Notes: generated by a model from the sequence alone, not told the origin. A stretch of DNA of 63,959 nucleotides, filler included, from Thermodesulfobacteriota bacterium (GCA_036381125.1; 5 parts of 5 records of this genome joined end to end with filler, not necessarily neighbours in it), one strand, 5' to 3'; counted from the whole stretch's first letter, positions 32,913 to 43,318 are shown. Numbers and translations: made by a program.

Positions 32913-33671
32913 ATGCCGCAACGTGACACCGTCAACCGCCGCATCGTCCTCGCCGCGCGCCCGCACGGTCTGCCGACGCCGCGCGATTTTCGCCTCGAGG
33001 AAGCCGCGATGCCGACGCCGGGCGAGGGGCAGGTGCTGCTGCGCACGCTGTACCTGTCGCTCGATCCGTACATGCGCAACCTGATGGACGAAACCGGGCC
33101 GGCCTACGCGCCGTCGGTGAAGCTCGGCGAGATGGAGCGGCCGTCCCTGGCGCCGGGCGGGCTCGGCATACCCGCGTTCACCGCCTACGTCGGCCTGCCC
33201 GACATCGGCCGGCCCGAACCGGGCGAGACCGTGGTCGTGGCCGCGGCGACCGGAGCGGTCGGCGCGGTGGTCGGGCAGATCGCCAGGCTCAAGGGGGCGC
33301 GCGTGGTCGGCATCGCCGGCGGCGCCGAGAAGTGCCGCTACGCGGTCGAGGCGCTCGGCTTCGACGCCTGTCTCGACCGCCGCGATCCGCAACTCGCCGA
33401 GCGCCTCGCCGCCGCCTGTCCGGACGGCATCGACGTCTACTTCGAGAACGTCGGCGGCCCGGTGCTCGACGCGGTGCTCCCGCTGCTCAACGTCGGCGTG
33501 CGCGTGCCGGTGTGCGGCTTCATCTTCGACGCCTTCCGCCGCGACATGGGCGAGTGGATCGCCGCCGTCGATCCCGGCGCCGGACGCCGGGGGCCTCGAG
33601 GATCAGGCCGGGTCGGCCCGCCCGCCAACCGGGCGGCGACCGGACCGACCTCCTCGGCGAGGAGTACGTGA
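32913..33671 (+). pseudogene. NADP-dependent oxidoreductase (CurA/YncB/PTGR-like) with internal deletions
   Basis: YLSLDPYMR, AAATGAVG, GIDVYFENVGG, RVPVCGFI present; segments missing after KLGEM and after CGFI; C-terminus lost. Confidence 0.8.
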
Positions 33672-33801
33672 CCCTGTAAACGCCGTCCGTCACCTCCCCC
33701 TTGCGGCCGAGAGCCTGCTCGATGGTCTGCCAGTGGCCCTCGTCTGCGCTCCACGCGGCGGTGGCCAACGCCGCCGTGACCACGCCGGCGAGCGTGGACA
33801 T
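33661..33801 (-). pseudogene. DUF1259/LppY-like secreted protein, N-terminal remnant
   Basis: Signal-like segment then WQTIEQALGRKGEVTDGVYRVT; collides with the oxidoreductase remnant. Confidence 0.5.
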
Positions 33802-33838
33802 CGCGCTTTGCCATCACAGTGACGCCCCTTCCGTGGTA

Positions 33839-33874
33839 CTGTAACGAAAAATCCTGACGATCTGATTGTTACAG
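33839..33874. promoter_or_regulatory. Inverted repeat upstream of chrB (putative operator)
   Basis: CTGTAAC-N22-GTTACAG in an AT-rich patch. Confidence 0.5.
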
Positions 33875-33938
33875 AACGCGTGCGCGTTGCCGGTCAGGTC
33901 GTCGGGGCCAGGCAGCCGGGGTGCCGCCGGAGGACGGA

Positions 33939-34940
33939 GTGCCGCCGAATACCGCGCGCTGGCTCCTGCTGATCGCCTCGCTCCCGCCGACCCCGTCGCG
34001 GCACCGGGTGCGCGTCTGGCGCATGCTCAGAAAGTGGGGCGCGCTCGGCCTGCGCAAGTCGGTGTACGTGCTGCCCTACAGCAAGGACCACTACGAGTCC
34101 TTCCAGTGGATCGCCCAGGAGATCCAGAGCGTCGGGGGCGAGGCGACCTTCCTCAAGGTCGCCAAGGTGGAGAACCTCCCCGACGAGGCGCTGATTCGCC
34201 TGTTCCGGGACGCGCGGCGCGAAGACTACGGAGCCCTGGCTGCCGAGGTGCGCGAGGCACTCGACGACCTCGACAAGACGCCGCCGGCCCGTCCCGGGGC
34301 TCGCGTGGAACCGGCGAACGCCCGGCTGGCCGAGCTGACGGCGCGCTTCGAGGCCATCGCCGAGATCGACTTCTTCGACGCACCGGGGCGCGCCGCCGTG
34401 GTGAGGGCGCTCGACCGGCTCCGCCGGCGGCTCGTCGCGCTCGGCGTCGCCGGCGGCGGCGAGGAGGCGACTGCGTTACGGTTGAACCGGACGGACTACC
34501 AGGGGCAGACGTGGGTGACACGCGAACGCCCCTTCGTCGACCGGCTGGCCTCGGCGTGGCTCATCCGTCGCTTCATCGACCCCGCCGCACGGTTCGGCTT
34601 CATCGGCTCCGACGAGCAGCCGCCAGCCGGGGCGATCCCCTTCGATGTCCACGGCGCCGCGCTCGGCCACCGCGGCGAGGACTGCACCTTCGAAACGCTC
34701 GTCAAGGCATTCGGCCTGGAGGCCGACGTGCGGCTCCGCTACCTCGCGGAACTGGTGCACGAGGCCGACCTCAAGGACGAGAAATTCGCGCATGCCGAGA
34801 CGCGGGGGCTCGTCTTCGTGCTCACGGCGCTGCGGCGCACGATCGCCGACGATCACCAGCTGCTCGAAGAGGGCATGACCCTCTTCGAGCGGCTCTACGA
34901 GTCCCTCGAAGACGCTCGCCCGACGGCTCGGGGCGAGTGA
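33939..34940 (+). CDS. chrB: Chromate resistance regulator ChrB
   Basis: WLLLIASLP...RVRVWR, IDFF, WVTRERPFVDRLASAWLIRRFID, HRGEDCTFE; start 33921 or 33939. Confidence 0.88.
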   Translation: MPPNTARWLLLIASLPPTPSRHRVRVWRMLRKWGALGLRKSVYVLPYSKDHYESFQWIAQEIQSVGGEATFLKVAKVENLPDEALIRLFRDARREDYGALAAEVREALDDLDKTPPARPGARVEPANARLAELTARFEAIAEIDFFDAPGRAAVVRALDRLRRRLVALGVAGGGEEATALRLNRTDYQGQTWVTRERPFVDRLASAWLIRRFIDPAARFGFIGSDEQPPAGAIPFDVHGAALGHRGEDCTFETLVKAFGLEADVRLRYLAELVHEADLKDEKFAHAETRGLVFVLTALRRTIADDHQLLEEGMTLFERLYESLEDARPTARGE

Positions 34941-34952
34941 GGAGGCACGCCC

Positions 34953-35375
34953 ATGAAGTGGGTGACCCGGATGCGGCCGAAGGTCGACCGCGTGGCATGT
35001 CCCTGGCTCATTCGCCGCTTCGTCGACCCCGAGGCGGAGTTCCTCTACGTCCCGCCCGACGAGGTCACGGCGGTGGCGGCGCGGGAAGGGGCCATCCCGT
35101 TCGACGTGCCGGGTGTCGAGCTCGGCCACCACGGTGACCGGTGCAGCTTCGACGCGATCATCGAGAAGTATGCCCTCACCGAGCCGGCCCTCGAACGGCT
35201 GGCCCAGATCGTCCGGGGCGCTGACACCGACGCGCGACATCTCGCGCCCGAGGCGGCGGGGCTCGAGGCGATCGCCGAGGGATTCCGCCTCGTCTACCAG
35301 GACGACCACGAGCTGCTCGAGCGTGAGCTGACGGTCTACGACGCGCTCTACGCGTACTGCCGGGCGGCGCGATGA
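34953..35375 (+). CDS. Stand-alone ChrB C-terminal domain protein (ChrF-like)
   Basis: MKWVTRMRPKVDRVACPWLIRRFVDPEAEF...HHGDRCSFD. Confidence 0.88.
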   Translation: MKWVTRMRPKVDRVACPWLIRRFVDPEAEFLYVPPDEVTAVAAREGAIPFDVPGVELGHHGDRCSFDAIIEKYALTEPALERLAQIVRGADTDARHLAPEAAGLEAIAEGFRLVYQDDHELLERELTVYDALYAYCRAAR

Positions 35376-36338
35376 GCGCGGTCAGGACGATCCTGTTCCT
35401 CTGCCCGGAATGGGGCTCGCGTTCATCCTGCCCTCGTTCCTCATGGTGGTCGCCCCGTCCTGGCTTTACGTGCGGTTCGGCGGCCTGTGGTGAATGCAGG
35501 CGCTCTTCTACGGCATCGGCGCGGGCGTCATTGGCATCGTCGCGATCGCCGCGTACAGGCTCGCCCGGCCGACCAATCGACGTGATCCGTTGCTCTGGGG
35601 CATCTTCGTGGCACTCGCCGTCATCACGGTCCGGGCAGAGGCAGAGTTGGGCGAGTTCTTCATCCTCGCCGGGCTCATCGTCCTTCTCGCCCGGGCCACG
35701 CCGTCCTGGGTCAAGCGGTTGGCGACCTTCCGCGTGATATTGCCGGCCCCGCTCGCGTTGACCCTTGCGCCGGCCGCGCCGACCGGCGCCGTTCCGACGG
35801 AGGGCCTCCTGCTCCAGATCCTGCTCTTCTTGGCCGAGGCCGGCGCCTTCGTCTTCGGCAGCGGCCCGCCATCGTCGCCTTCCTCCATCAGGGCGTCGTG
35901 CAGCAGTACGGGTGGCTCACCGAGCACCAGTTCCTCGATGCCGTCGCGGTCGCCATGATCGCGCCGGGGCCTGTCGTCATAACGGTCGCCTTCATCGGCT
36001 ACCTCGTCGCCGGTCTCACCGGGTCGGTCGTTGCCGCGCTCGGGATCTTCTCGCCGGTCTGCCTGTTCACGGTCGTCTCGGCCCCCTGGTTCCGGCGGCG
36101 TCGCGACAGCCCGCAACTCAAGGCGTTCGTCCAGGGGGCCACCGCGGCGACGACGGGCGCGATCAGCGGGGCGGTGATCATCCTCGCCGGTCGCGCGATC
36201 ATCGACCTTCCGACCGCGGCGATCGCGCTCGGTAGCTTGGCGCTGCTGTGGCGGCTCAAGGTGCCTGAGCCGCTCCTGGTCCAGGCGGCGGGCGCGGCCG
36301 GACTGGTGCTGTGGCCGCTGATACACGGAGCCGGGTAG
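35372..36338 (+). pseudogene. chrA: Chromate transporter ChrA pseudogene fused to an ArsC/LMWP-like 5' fragment
   Basis: MSAVRTILFLCP, then AFILPSF...GGLW*MQALFYG, AGAFVFGSG (frameshift), QFLDAVAVAMIAPGPVVITVAFIGY. Confidence 0.8.
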
Positions 36339-36453
36339 CACGACCAGGGTGCGGCCGGGTACTACCGCGCGGCAAGGCGTTCGGCCCGGCGTCAAGGCGC
36401 TCGGCTCAACCGCCGGGAGGCGGCTTCAGTCACGAACGAAGGGAAGAGAAGCG

Positions 36454-37125
36454 ATGCGGCCAGTCTCTGCAGCAGTAGTCCTCGTCTTCGCAATCGTCGC
36501 CGGACCGGCCACGGCACGGACGCCGCAGGGCGGCGGGTCGACCGCGGTTTGGAACTTCGACGCCGACCGCGCGGGCGCCCCGCCAGCCGGGTTCACCCTG
36601 GCGAAAACCGACGGCGGCACCGAGCCCCGATGGGTCATCCGGGCCGAGACGGATGCGGCCAGCCACCCCAACGTGCTCGCACAACTCGACGCCGATCGAA
36701 CCAGCGGCCGGTTTCCCGTCGCCGTCGCACATGCGCCCACGCTGCGCGATCTCCGCCTCTCCGTCCGGTGCAAGCCCGTCTCGGGACGGGTCGACCAGGC
36801 GTGCGGCCTCGTCTTCCGGTATCGGGACGCGAACAACTACTACGTCACGCGCGCCAACGCGCTCGAGGACAACGTCCGGCTGTACTACGTCAGGGACGGT
36901 CGCCGGCGGGAGATCGCGAGCTGGAATGGGAAGGTCGGGGCCAACGTCTGGCACGAGTTGCGTGCCGAGGCCAGGGGCGACCGCTTCGAGGTCTACTGGG
37001 ACGGAGAGAAGGTGCTCGACGCGCAGGACCGCACCTTCCCAGATGCGGGTCGGGTCGGCGTCTGGACCAAGGCCGATTCGGTCACCTACTTCGACGACCT
37101 CAAGGTCGAACCGCTCGGTTCGTGA
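36454..37125 (+). CDS. Secreted DUF1080/concanavalin-like beta-sandwich protein
   Basis: Signal peptide; GLVFRYRDANNYYVTRANALEDN, GRVGVWTKADSVTYFDD. Confidence 0.78.
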   Translation: MRPVSAAVVLVFAIVAGPATARTPQGGGSTAVWNFDADRAGAPPAGFTLAKTDGGTEPRWVIRAETDAASHPNVLAQLDADRTSGRFPVAVAHAPTLRDLRLSVRCKPVSGRVDQACGLVFRYRDANNYYVTRANALEDNVRLYYVRDGRRREIASWNGKVGANVWHELRAEARGDRFEVYWDGEKVLDAQDRTFPDAGRVGVWTKADSVTYFDDLKVEPLGS

Positions 37126-37188
37126 GGGCGGTTCGGTATCTCCGAGGCGCGCTATGTACCACGCCCCGGAGATCAACCCGTACCGCTC

Positions 37189-37556
37189 CTTGCCTGTGAA
37201 GTTCGCCGCCAGGCAGCGCCCTTCCGACGTGAAGAAGACATAGAGCGTCTCCTTCGACTTGTCGGCCGCGCGTGCTTGCTCGAACGCGGCGACCCACTCT
37301 GTGCGGCGGCCCTTGAACGGTTTCTGCTCGACCGTCCCGACGGCGACGTCCTTCCACGAGGCGTCGACCTTGCCGTCCGCGATCAGCTTGTCGCGTGCCG
37401 CCGCCGCCCGCCGCTTGATCTGCCAAGGGCTCGCATCGTGCGCATGCGTGCCTGGTCCGTGCCCGTGCCCCCGGCTGCCCGAGCCGCGAGCGCGAGGTGC
37501 GGGAGCGTGGCCGGCGTGGCAAGCGCGAGCACCAACGCGCGTCCCCCGCAAGACAT
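37189..37556 (-). pseudogene. DUF6488-like His-rich secreted protein, frameshifted, stop lost
   Basis: HGHGPGTHAH...GKVDASW...EWVAAF...KETLYVFFTSEGRCLAANFTGK; signal peptide in a different frame. Confidence 0.6.
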
Positions 37557-37599
37557 GCAGCGGGCCTGGAGATTGTCATGTCCGCTCTGACGGCCGGCT

Positions 37600-37722
37600 G
37601 GCTCCTTTCGTGGGCGCGCTGGTGGGCCTCGGAACTCATCCCGAACTCGAAGGGATGGGCCCCGTGGAGGTAGCCGTGCATCTGCATCAGTCAGGGCATA
37701 CGGGAGTCGTTTCAACGCTCGC
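37600..37722 (-). pseudogene. His-rich C-terminal remnant (possibly HupE/UreJ-like) cut by IS5
   Basis: MQMHGYLHGAHPFEFGMSSEAHQRAHE directly against the IS end. Confidence 0.35.
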
Positions 37723-37725
37723 TTA

Positions 37726-37951
37726 GAGCCGGTCCCAAAACCGGTGACCGTGATGGGGTATGGGGGCTGCACGATGGGGGCGCGTCATGGACGCCAAGTT
37801 TGCCGAGATCCCCGACCGCCTCTGGCGCCGGGTCGCCCCCCTGCTGCCGCCCGAGCCGCCGAAGCCCCACGGCGGCCGGCCGCGGGTCCCCGACCGCACG
37901 ATCCTCGCCGGCATCCTCTACCGCTTGCGTACCGGCTGCCAATGGAAAGCC
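37726..37951 (+). mobile_element. IS5-family element, left end and transposase N-terminus (DUF4096; ATG 37787), truncated by contig end
   Basis: IPDRLWRRVAPLLP...GGRPRVPDRTILAGILYRLRTGCQWKA; TTA|GAGCCGGTCCCAAAA candidate target and terminal repeat. Confidence 0.85.
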
Positions 37952-38051
37952 NNNNNNNNNNNNNNNNNNNNNNNNNNNNNNNNNNNNNNNNNNNNTTAAT
38001 TAATTAANNNNNNNNNNNNNNNNNNNNNNNNNNNNNNNNNNNNNNNNNNNN
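37952..38051. other. Artificial contig linker
   Basis: N44-TTAATTAATTAA-N44. Confidence 0.98.
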
Positions 38052-38321
38052 GGCCCGGCTTCCGAGCCGACGCTCGCCCGCGGCCCTGCCGGCGCCGATC
38101 GACACGCCCGTGCCGTGCCGTGCCGCTCCGGGAGGGGTAGGGGAGCCTGTCGGCTCGTCTCGCGTTGGCGCACACGTTGCTCCGTCCCTGGCGGCGCGCG
38201 AGCCCCCGTTCGCGCGGGCGCGCGCCGAAATCGCGAACTCACCGGTCGCTACGCCGCGAGGAGCGGCGACGACGCCGGCGGCCGGGCCGGACGTCGACAC
38301 GCCTCACAAGGAGAGGACCTC

Positions 38322-39167
38322 ATGGGCACGATCACCACCACGGACGGCACGCAGATCTACTACAAGGACTGGGGCAAGGGCCAGCCGGTCGTCTTCAGCC
38401 ACGGCTGGCCGCTTTCGGCCGACGCCTGGGACGATCAGATGCTCTTTCTCGCCGAGCGGGGCTACCGAACGATCGCGCACGACCGTCGCGGCCACGGCCG
38501 CTCGAGCCAGCCGTGGACCGGCAACGACATGGACACCTACGCCGACGACCTCGCGGCCCTGATCGAGGCGCTCGACCTGAAGGACGCGGTGCTGGTCGGG
38601 CACTCCACGGGCGGCGGCGAGGTCGCCCGCTACATCGGCCGCCACGGGACGAAGCGGGTGGCCGGGGCGGTCCTCGTCGCCGCCGTGCCGCCGATCATGC
38701 TGAGGTCCGCGGCCAACCCCGAGGGCTTGCCGATGGAGGTGTTCGACGACATGCGGAGCAGAATCACCAGGGACCGCTCGCAGTTCTACAAGGACCTCGC
38801 GCCGATGTTCTACGGCGCCAACAGGCCCGGCGCCACGGTCTCGCAGGGGACGCTCGACCAGTTCTGGCTCTGGAGCATGCAGGCCGGCCTCAAGAACGCC
38901 TACGACAGCATCAAGGCGTTCTCCGAGACCGATTTCACCGCGGACCTCAAGGCGTTCGACGTCCCGACCCTGGTCATGCACGGCGAGGACGACCAGATCG
39001 TTCCCGTCAAGGACTCGGCGAGGAAATCGGCGAGGCTGATCCAGGGCGCGAAGGAGGTCTACTATCCCGGCCAGCCGCACGGTCTGACCGCCACCCACAA
39101 GGAGCAGGTCAACGCCGACCTGCTCGCGTTCCTCGGGGGACGGGCGAGGGCACGCGGCGCCGCCTGA
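38322..39167 (+). CDS. cpo: Non-heme chloroperoxidase-type alpha/beta hydrolase
   Basis: [46 protein letters not shown]. Confidence 0.92.
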   Translation: MGTITTTDGTQIYYKDWGKGQPVVFSHGWPLSADAWDDQMLFLAERGYRTIAHDRRGHGRSSQPWTGNDMDTYADDLAALIEALDLKDAVLVGHSTGGGEVARYIGRHGTKRVAGAVLVAAVPPIMLRSAANPEGLPMEVFDDMRSRITRDRSQFYKDLAPMFYGANRPGATVSQGTLDQFWLWSMQAGLKNAYDSIKAFSETDFTADLKAFDVPTLVMHGEDDQIVPVKDSARKSARLIQGAKEVYYPGQPHGLTATHKEQVNADLLAFLGGRARARGAA

Positions 39168-39193
39168 GGGTCGGAACGGGGCGCTCGATCGAG

Positions 39194-40225
39194 CTAGACG
39201 ATCGCGATCGGCGCCCCCGGCGACCCGGTGGCGCCCTTGAGCTTGAGCGGGACGAACATCAGGAGGAACTCCCGCACGTCGTTGGCGATCAGCACCTCGG
39301 TGGCGCAGTTCTCGTGGTTGTAGATGCCGTTGCGGGTGATGAACTCCTGGTGCACCGGGAAGACGAGCTTCGGGTTAGGGTTCGGCACCACCTCGATGCC
39401 CCACTGGTCCGCGCCGCACATGACGATCTGCTGCGACACGAACCACTTCGCCGCGTCCATGCCGATGCCGGGCTCGCCGGCGGTGAAGGCGGCGTTGTCC
39501 TTCATCCAGAGTGAGCCCCAGCCGGTGTGGATGTAGACCACGTCGCCCGGCGTGATCTGGAGCTTCGCCTTCTGCAGGGTCGCCTCGAGGTCCGCGACGC
39601 TGATCTCGTACTTCGGCGGCAGCATCTTCATCCCCTTGGCCGCCGCCACGTCGAGGAGGAGGCCGCGGGTGACGATGGGCCCCACGTTGTGCACGCCGAG
39701 CCGCCTGAAGCCGTCGCTGCCGCCCGCGCCGTTCGGGTCCCACATGTCCGAGAGCGTGATGCCGTTGTAGAACCGGTCGCCGATGCCGATGTGGGCGAGG
39801 CCGTCGAACTGCGTGCCGACCTGGCTGATCTGCGTGAAGAGGATGTCGTCGTTGTACACGAGCTTGTTGTCGCCCAGGGGGCCGGCGGGCGACGGGGAGT
39901 GCAGGGCGTACGTGCGGTTGCCGAAGATCGGCATCCCCTTCTCGTAGGTCCGGCCGAACTCGAGCACCTTGCCCTGCTTCACCAGGCCGACGGCCTCGAG
40001 GACTTTGGTCGGCGTGATCCGATTCGCCGCGCCCCGCTCGTCGTCGGGGCCGAAGGGGCTGCGCAGCGATTCCTGCGCCTCGGCCGCGGCCGCGTCGAGC
40101 AGCACGGGCGCCGCCGCGGCCGCCGCGGCGGCAAGGCCGATGCTCGCGAGGAACTCGCGCCGCGAATGGCCCTCGTGCAGCTCGAACAGCGATCTGGCAC
40201 CCTCGCCACCCTCGACATCGCGCAT
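39194..40225 (-). CDS. Cyclase (kynurenine formamidase-like) family metal hydrolase with Tat signal
   Basis: SRREFL signal; QVGTQFDGLAH, VTRGLLLD, HTGW, EPGIG, GATGSPG. Confidence 0.88.
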   Translation of the reverse strand: MRDVEGGEGARSLFELHEGHSRREFLASIGLAAAAAAAAPVLLDAAAAEAQESLRSPFGPDDERGAANRITPTKVLEAVGLVKQGKVLEFGRTYEKGMPIFGNRTYALHSPSPAGPLGDNKLVYNDDILFTQISQVGTQFDGLAHIGIGDRFYNGITLSDMWDPNGAGGSDGFRRLGVHNVGPIVTRGLLLDVAAAKGMKMLPPKYEISVADLEATLQKAKLQITPGDVVYIHTGWGSLWMKDNAAFTAGEPGIGMDAAKWFVSQQIVMCGADQWGIEVVPNPNPKLVFPVHQEFITRNGIYNHENCATEVLIANDVREFLLMFVPLKLKGATGSPGAPIAIV

Positions 40226-40470
40226 CGGCGGTCACCTCCCCGGCGGACGTCGAAAGGCTCTCGCGCCGCCGGCCCTGCTGTCAATCGCTGCGACGAGGTC
40301 GCAGGACGAAGCGCCGCCCCCGGAGCGGTCGGGTCTCGCGGGCTCGATGTAAGGGCTCGATCCGACAGGGATTTTCGCGCCATTCCCGGGGCCCGGTGCG
40401 CTGGCTTCGCCCGCGCGCCTCTGCTACGCTTCCACCTCGCACGTCGACACGCGAGGAGTCGAAAGCCGCC

Positions 40471-41934
40471 ATGCCGCTCACCGAGCCCGCGCATCCCGTC
40501 GTCCCGGACCGCTTCTTCGAGTCGCGCTTCGGCCTCTCGCCCGACCGCGTCGGGCAGACGCTCGGCGGGACGCTGCGCGCGGCCGTCGACTACGCCGATC
40601 TCTTCGTGGAGCACACCATCCGGGAGTCGATCGCGCTCGAGGAGGGGATCGTCAAGAAGGCCTCGCGCGCCATCGAGCAGGGCGCCGGCGTCCGCGTCCT
40701 GGCGGGCGAGAAGACCGGCTACGCCCACACCGACGACCTCTCGACGAAGGCGCTCCGCGCCGCGGCCGAGGCGGCGAGGGCCATTGCCGAGGGCGGGGGG
40801 GCGAAGGGCGCCTCGGTCGCCGTCATGCCGATCAGCCGGCCCCAGCACGACCTGTACCCGGCCGTCGAGCCGGCGGCCGACCGGCCGATCGCCGACAAGG
40901 TGCAGCTCCTCGAGCGGATCGACCGGCTCGCGCGCGCCATCGATCCGAGGGTGACGAAGGTCGTCGCCGGCTTTGCCGCGGAGCACAAGGTGGTCCTCGT
41001 GGCCGGCTCCGACGGCCGCATGGTGGGCGACGTGCAGCCGCTCGTTCGCCTGACGGTCCAGGTGATCGTCAAGGACGGCGAGAACCGCCAGGTCGGCACC
41101 TACGGCGGCGGCGGCCGGTACCCCTTCGGGTGGTTCCTCGAGGAGGGCCGATGGGAGCGCTTCACGCGCGAGGCGGTCCGCATCGCCCTGGTGAACCTCG
41201 ACGCGGTCGACGCGCCGGCGGGCGAGATGACGGTCGTGCTCGGGCCGGGCTGGCCCGGCATCCTCCTGCACGAGGCGGTGGGGCACGGCCTCGAGGGGGA
41301 CTTCAACCGCAAGAAGCTGTCGGCCTTCTCGGGCCGGATCGGCCAGCGCGTCGCCTCGGACCTCGTCACGGTCGTCGACGACGGCACCATCCCGGGCCGC
41401 CGCGGCTCCCTCAACGTCGACGACGAGGGGGTGCCCACCTCGCGCACGGTCCTCATCGAGAAGGGGGTCCTCAAGGGGTACCTGCAGGACCGGTTGAACG
41501 CGCGCCTCATGGGCATGGCGCCGACCGGCAACGGCCGCCGGGAGTCCTATCGCCACGTCGTCATGCCGCGCATGACCAACACGTTCATGCTCGCCGGGGC
41601 CGACGACCCGGCCGACATCCTGCGCGGCGTCCGGCGCGGGCTCTACGCCGTGAACTTCGGCGGCGGTCAGGTGGACATCACCAACGGCAAGTTCGTCTTC
41701 TCGGCGTCCGAGGCGTACCTGGTGGAGGACGGCCGGCCGACGCGGCCCGTGAAGGGCGCCACCCTCATCGGCAACGGCCCGGACGTGCTCACGCGCGTCT
41801 CGGCCGTGGGGCACGACCTCATGCTCGACGAGGGGGTCGGCACCTGCGGCAAGGACGGCCAGTCGGTGCCGGTCGGGGTTGGGCTGCCGACGATCCGGAT
41901 CGACGGGCTCACCGTCGGCGGCACGAAGGGTTAG
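40471..41934 (+). CDS. tldD: Metalloprotease TldD
   Basis: LLHEAVGHGLEGD (HExxxH), MPRMTNT, CGKDGQSVPVG. Confidence 0.95.
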   Translation: MPLTEPAHPVVPDRFFESRFGLSPDRVGQTLGGTLRAAVDYADLFVEHTIRESIALEEGIVKKASRAIEQGAGVRVLAGEKTGYAHTDDLSTKALRAAAEAARAIAEGGGAKGASVAVMPISRPQHDLYPAVEPAADRPIADKVQLLERIDRLARAIDPRVTKVVAGFAAEHKVVLVAGSDGRMVGDVQPLVRLTVQVIVKDGENRQVGTYGGGGRYPFGWFLEEGRWERFTREAVRIALVNLDAVDAPAGEMTVVLGPGWPGILLHEAVGHGLEGDFNRKKLSAFSGRIGQRVASDLVTVVDDGTIPGRRGSLNVDDEGVPTSRTVLIEKGVLKGYLQDRLNARLMGMAPTGNGRRESYRHVVMPRMTNTFMLAGADDPADILRGVRRGLYAVNFGGGQVDITNGKFVFSASEAYLVEDGRPTRPVKGATLIGNGPDVLTRVSAVGHDLMLDEGVGTCGKDGQSVPVGVGLPTIRIDGLTVGGTKG

Positions 41935-41937
41935 GGC

Positions 41938-43311
41938 ATGCGCGGCAACGGCTTCGGCGAGGACCAGGCGCGCGACCTCCTGCACGCCGCCCGCAAGGCG
42001 GGCGCCACGGCGGGCGACGTCGTCTACGTGGAGGCCGATCGCTTCGCCGGCGTCGTCCGCCTGCGCGAGGTGGACCGGGTGAAGCAGGCGCGCGAGCGGA
42101 CGCTGGGGCTGCGCCTGTTCGTGGGGCGCCGCTCGGCCACCACCTCCACGGCCGACCTGTCGAAGGAGAGCCTCGCGCGGCTCGTGGCCGACACGGTGGC
42201 CATGGCGCGCGCCACGGCGGAGGACCCGGCCGCGGGGCTTCCGGAGGACGACGGCGCGCCGGGCGCCGACGAGGGCCTGGGGCTCCGGGACGACCGGATC
42301 GAGGCCCTGCCGGTGGGCGACCGGCTCGCCCTCGCGCGCGACGCCGAGGCCGCCGCCCTGGCGGCCGATCCGCGCGTCGTCAACTCCGAGGGGGCCGGCT
42401 TCGACAGCCACGCCTCGACGGTCGTCTACGCCAACACCGCCGGCTTCTCCGGCTCCTATCGCGCGACGGCGGCCACCCTCTGGGTCTCGCCCATCGCGGC
42501 CGATCCGGCGGCGCCCGAGCTCGGCATGCAGCGCGACGGCTGGTACACCTCGGCGCGGGCGCTCGCCCGCCTCGAGGCGCCGGCCGACGTGGGGCGCACG
42601 GCCGCGCTGCGGGCGGTGCGGCGGCTCGGCGCCCGCAAGGTGGCGACCTGCGAGGTGCCGGTCGTCTTCGACCCCGAGTCGGCGGCAAGCCTCCTGCGCG
42701 CCCTCGCGCAGGCGGTGAACGGCCAGTCGATCTACCGCGGCGGATCGTTCCTCGCGGGCAGGCTCGGCGAGCGAGTCGCGTCGGACCTCGTGACGGTGGT
42801 GGACGACGGGCGCCTGGTGGCCGGCCTCGGCAGCCGACCCTTCGACGCCGAGGGGCTCTCCACGCGCCGCACCGTGGTGCTCGACCGGGGCGTCCTGCGC
42901 TCCTACCTCCTCGACGCCTACAGCGCGAGGAAGCTCGGCCTCGAGCCGACCGGCAACGCCAGCCGGTCGCCGGGCGAGGCGCCCGTACCGGCGCCGACGA
43001 ACTTCATGCTGGTGCCGCCGGCCGACGCACCGGCGCCCGAGGCGATCATCCGCCAGACGAGGCGCGGCCTCTACGTCACCGACATGATCGGTTTCGGCGT
43101 GAACGTCGTGACGGGCGACTACTCCCGTGGGGCCAGCGGCTTCTGGATCGAGAACGGGGAGCTGGCCTATCCGGTCGAGGAGATCACCGTCGCGGGCAAC
43201 CTCGCGCGCATGCTGGCCGACGTCGACGCCGTCGGTCGAGACCTCGACCTGCGCGCCTCGGTTGCGGCGCCCACCGTCCGGGTGGCCCGGATGACCGTGG
43301 CGGGTCGTTAG
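41938..43311 (+). CDS. pmbA: TldE/PmbA protein
   Basis: PFDAEG, TGNASR, TGDYSRGASGFWIENGE, EITVAGNL. Confidence 0.93.
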   Translation: MRGNGFGEDQARDLLHAARKAGATAGDVVYVEADRFAGVVRLREVDRVKQARERTLGLRLFVGRRSATTSTADLSKESLARLVADTVAMARATAEDPAAGLPEDDGAPGADEGLGLRDDRIEALPVGDRLALARDAEAAALAADPRVVNSEGAGFDSHASTVVYANTAGFSGSYRATAATLWVSPIAADPAAPELGMQRDGWYTSARALARLEAPADVGRTAALRAVRRLGARKVATCEVPVVFDPESAASLLRALAQAVNGQSIYRGGSFLAGRLGERVASDLVTVVDDGRLVAGLGSRPFDAEGLSTRRTVVLDRGVLRSYLLDAYSARKLGLEPTGNASRSPGEAPVPAPTNFMLVPPADAPAPEAIIRQTRRGLYVTDMIGFGVNVVTGDYSRGASGFWIENGELAYPVEEITVAGNLARMLADVDAVGRDLDLRASVAAPTVRVARMTVAGR

Positions 43312-43318
43312 AGGGCCG

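Noticed and set aside
35491-35493. In-frame TGA in chrA as a third selenocysteine
   Set aside because: Context GGLW*MQALF suggests TGG>TGA at a Trp position, there is no Cys motif, and the gene also has a frameshift and a deletion.
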